From positions 2,854,001-2,918,000 of the forward strand of contig MU058687.1 of assembly GCA_013265495.1 (NCBI GenBank): DNA of 64,000 nt, read 5' to 3'. The DNA is from Vicugna vicugna (taxonomy: Eukaryota). The notes below the pieces were generated by a model. That model had not been told where the DNA came from and did not search any database. It saw only the letters and a program-made list of their open reading frames with translations. This document shows positions 60,611 to 64,000 of the stretch, piece after piece. Position 1 is the stretch's first letter. Every line of letters begins with the position of its first letter. Both the position numbers and the translations under genes were made by a program.

Positions 60611-63600
60611 CTTGAAGTCACTTGATGGTTATGGATCTCTCTGATCTCCCCAGCTCAGCACTGCAGGCAATGTCTGTATATCCAGTGAGGGAAAGAGGGC
60701 CCTGCAGCTCACCAAGGGTAAAGAGCAAAGCGGGCCTAGGTGCAGGGACACCCGATGCAGTGTTCTGTCTGTGGTCCCCTCCCTCAGGCCCCTGCTCGAC
60801 TGGATGATGGATGACTCCTTGGTTCACCCACCCTAGAGCTGAGCAGTTGGATATGGAGATGAGGGGCTGACTGGGGGTCATGGCTGCATCGGGGATGCTC
60901 CTCACCCCGTAATAGCTCCCCTGAGGCAGGCCTTGTGGGAAAATACTGACAAGCATGTTGGGCCTGGGAGTGACCTGTCCTGCTTGGGCTGGGAAAGGAG
61001 CTGCGGGGAAGCTGGGGAAAGACTGGGATACATGCCCGCCTGCACTGAGAGTTCTTCTTTGTCCCTGTGCCACAGAGCCTTGGAGGAGCCAGCTTTGTGC
61101 TCAGGAATTAAGCAGAGAAGCAGCTGGGACACTTGGAAGTACCTGAGGACTGGTTAGAGGAAGGAGGGCCAGTGACAGCCCATCTGCCTGAGTCCCAGAC
61201 CTCACCTGCTGCTCCAGGTATGTGTTCTTGCCATTGTCCCACCCAGCAGGGCTAAGTCCTGAGCACCAGCTCATTCTTCCAGCCCGTGGCCCTGGTCTTT
61301 GTAGTCAAGGCTTGAGCAAAGGCCCTCCTGAGCCCTCCTAAACCCACGACCTAACAGAAGAGGCCAGGAAGGGCCCAGCCCCCTCTCCAGAGGACACTGT
61401 CCCAGGTGACCCTGGCTCCCGAGACCTGGGAAGGGGGCCGGAGACTCTGGCTCTGGTTAGGATGCCCCCAGGCTGAGCTGCTAGCTGGGTCCCAAGTGGC
61501 TCTTGCCCTGCTGACCCCAGTTTTGGTACAGGCCCAGACCCAGCCAGACACTGCTCTTCTGAGAGTTCCCTGCCTCTTGACAATTTTTCCTTTGGAAAAT
61601 ATTAGGACAGATGACATCTTCATAGACTGTTGGAGCTGGAAGGACTCTAAGTGATATAATCCAACCTCAATTTCTTTTAACTTCTCAAGCATTACTAATA
61701 TCAACAGTGTCATTTAAAATGTTGCAGCTGAACATTTCAGAGGAATGAAGTATAATCTCATCAGAACAGTACAGGAAGCCCCTGGGTCTCAGGCAGCCCT
61801 TCCTGGGTTCAGCTGCCTTCTTTCCACCTGACTTCAGCCAGCCTTTGCCCACACCCCCAACAAGCCTGCTCCTTTCCTCTCCTTCCATCTACCTGGTGAC
61901 ACCCACAAACACATCCCTCTTTGTGAAAGGGACGTTGGAGATCAGACATCCAAAACTAGAATGTATTAAAGCCAGGTTAGCATTAAAATGAGGCTTTCTT
62001 CCCTGTTTAAGTAAGTAAGTTAATAAGTAAAACTAAGAAAGGATAGCATAGTCAAGGGAGGCTATAACTGTGATAAGATTTCTCTATTTGAGAGTCTCTA
62101 AAATCTCTTTTCCATGAAAGAGGTTATCCTGTATGGGCTGTTGGCCAAGAACATGGTCATTATTGCTATTATCAATTAAAGTAATCTTAGACATAGTTCT
62201 TTTCTGTGCAGATCAAAGTGCTTGATGTTCACATTTCCCTAATAATTTCCTGGTCCAGCCTCATAAGAGCCCTCCAAGGCAAGGAGTCTAAACCACAGGC
62301 AGTGTTCCACTTCCCTCCCTCCGGCCATGCCCACTGCCCAGCTCTTGCTGGACCCTTGTTCCTCTAGTCTAGATCACTGGAAGAGACAGCAGCAAATAAT
62401 GGTAAAGAAGGCAGGCTCGGGAGCCAGGTGGAATCAGTTCCCAGCTTCACCACGTACTAGCTTTGTAATTTCTAGGTAGTCAGTCTTTTCATCTATAAAA
62501 TGGGAGTAACACCATACCCTAGGGTTACTATGAAGATTCAAGTTAATATCTGTAAAGCCCTTGAAACCTATAGCACACTACGAAAGCCTGTTCTCCTCCA
62601 ACTAGACCTCCCTAAATCACAGTACAGTCTTCTTACTCCCCTGCTCTAAAATCATCCGTGGCTCCCCATTGCCTATTTACTGACTATGCTCTACCCTGTT
62701 CTTCAAGGGCCTCAAAGGTAGAAATTCTATTTTTCCCTTGAACATAATAAGGAGTCAGTAGTGTTTGCTGAGAGAGAGGGTTTCCACCCTCAAGGTGAGT
62801 GAACTGAATTCCTAGGCTAGGAACCCACAGCTGGGGATTTGATCCAGGCTATTCTGCCTCCCCAACGGTGGCCTGGCCATGGGAAGCCATCAATGTTGGG
62901 CGTTGGAGGTTCAGTTTCCCTTGCATCTGTTAGGGCTGCAAAGGCAGGGAGCCCTATTTTGGACTCCAGCCTTCATGGTACAGAGCAGAGGGTGGAGAGG
63001 ACTGCTCGGCCACAAGCCAGAGCAGGCAGTGCCCACAGTTAAAACTCTCACTCTCCTATGGGCTCAGGACAGGTGGCAGACGTGACGTCATTGTCCTCAT
63101 TCATCAGTGGGAAGTGGCCAAAACCTCAGCTCCTGTAGCTCAGGTGGGAAGCCCGAGGCCAGCAGAGACCACCTGTGATCTGGTGCTTTGCACAGAGAAC
63201 TCAGCAAGTTCCTCTCCTTGCATCTCAGCTGCTTCTCTGACAGAAGAGAGGCCATGCGCTGTGGAGAAATGAGCACTGGGTCAGAGGACGGACCATGTCC
63301 ATAATGGGGCTTCTCACCTGGCAGGAAGAGCTCAGCCATATCAGCATCTCTGAGCCTCTTTTTTTCCATCTGTAAAATGGGAGGATAATACCCATTTCAT
63401 GGGGTTGATGAGAGACCAAAATGGAACAAAATGCTCAGAGCCCCTGTACAGTGCCTGCAGCAGTGGGCACTTGTTAATTTGCAGTTAATCTGATCAATCC
63501 ATCAGAGTTGTTCTTCCAGGCTGCCTGCTGGGGCTGCCTCAGTCCTGCAAGCCTCTTGCTTCCCTTAACTGACATTTTCTTCACCTGACTTCTACTCCCA

Positions 63601-64000
63601 GATGAAGGAAAGTGTTGGTGTTTTTGGCTGAGTAGGGGAGGAGGAAGAGTCCAAATCTTCCCAGATTCCTGGCAGGGGTGAGAGGCCCAGCAGGGAAGAA
63701 GCAGAATTCTGGCTGATTTTCTCAGAGATTTTTCCACTCGGGCACTGCCAAGTTCAGGAAGCCAGAAGTGAAGTGATGGGGAGGAAACAAGCCAGACCAT
63801 GCTGGTTCATGCAGGGTGGTATTTTTCCTTGATTTATTCAGCACATGAATGAATTTGCTGGGATTCCAAGCACTATGTTGGGCACTAGAATATTCAGCAG
63901 CAAGTAAAACAGACATGCACCCTGCCCTCAAGGGGCCTTCATTCTAATGAGGCTGGGGCAGACAATAAACAGCATAAACTATTGGTGAAATATGTTAGAA

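Overview
Mammalian genomic DNA, most likely a camelid (Camelus/Vicugna/Lama), judged from three tRNA-derived SINEs of the Vic-1 type and matching young L1 3' ends. The only protein-coding gene is ZDHHC22 on the minus strand. It has a non-coding exon 1 in a CpG island (~13.7-13.85 kb), two coding exons (11378-11903 and 6437-6702; 792 nt = 263 aa plus stop) and a ~2.4 kb 3'UTR ending near 4.0 kb. A second CpG-rich promoter with a non-coding first exon on the plus strand (~49.5-49.7 kb) is probably the 5' end of TMEM63C; this rests on remembered synteny, and no TMEM63C coding sequence is in the window. The rest is intergenic or intronic DNA rich in MIR, L2, MaLR LTRs, hAT DNA transposons and an ~11 kb nested L1 block. 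I found no credible new gene system. The best leads are regulatory: an AUG-UAA start-stop element that appears to be the first AUG of the ZDHHC22 mRNA, a near-canonical REST/RE1 site inside coding exon 3, an orphan CpG/NRF1/Z-DNA element with an exon-like unit at 28.4-29.8 kb, and a transposon-borne CTCF motif. Repeat family names come from recalled consensus sequences, and their boundaries are approximate.
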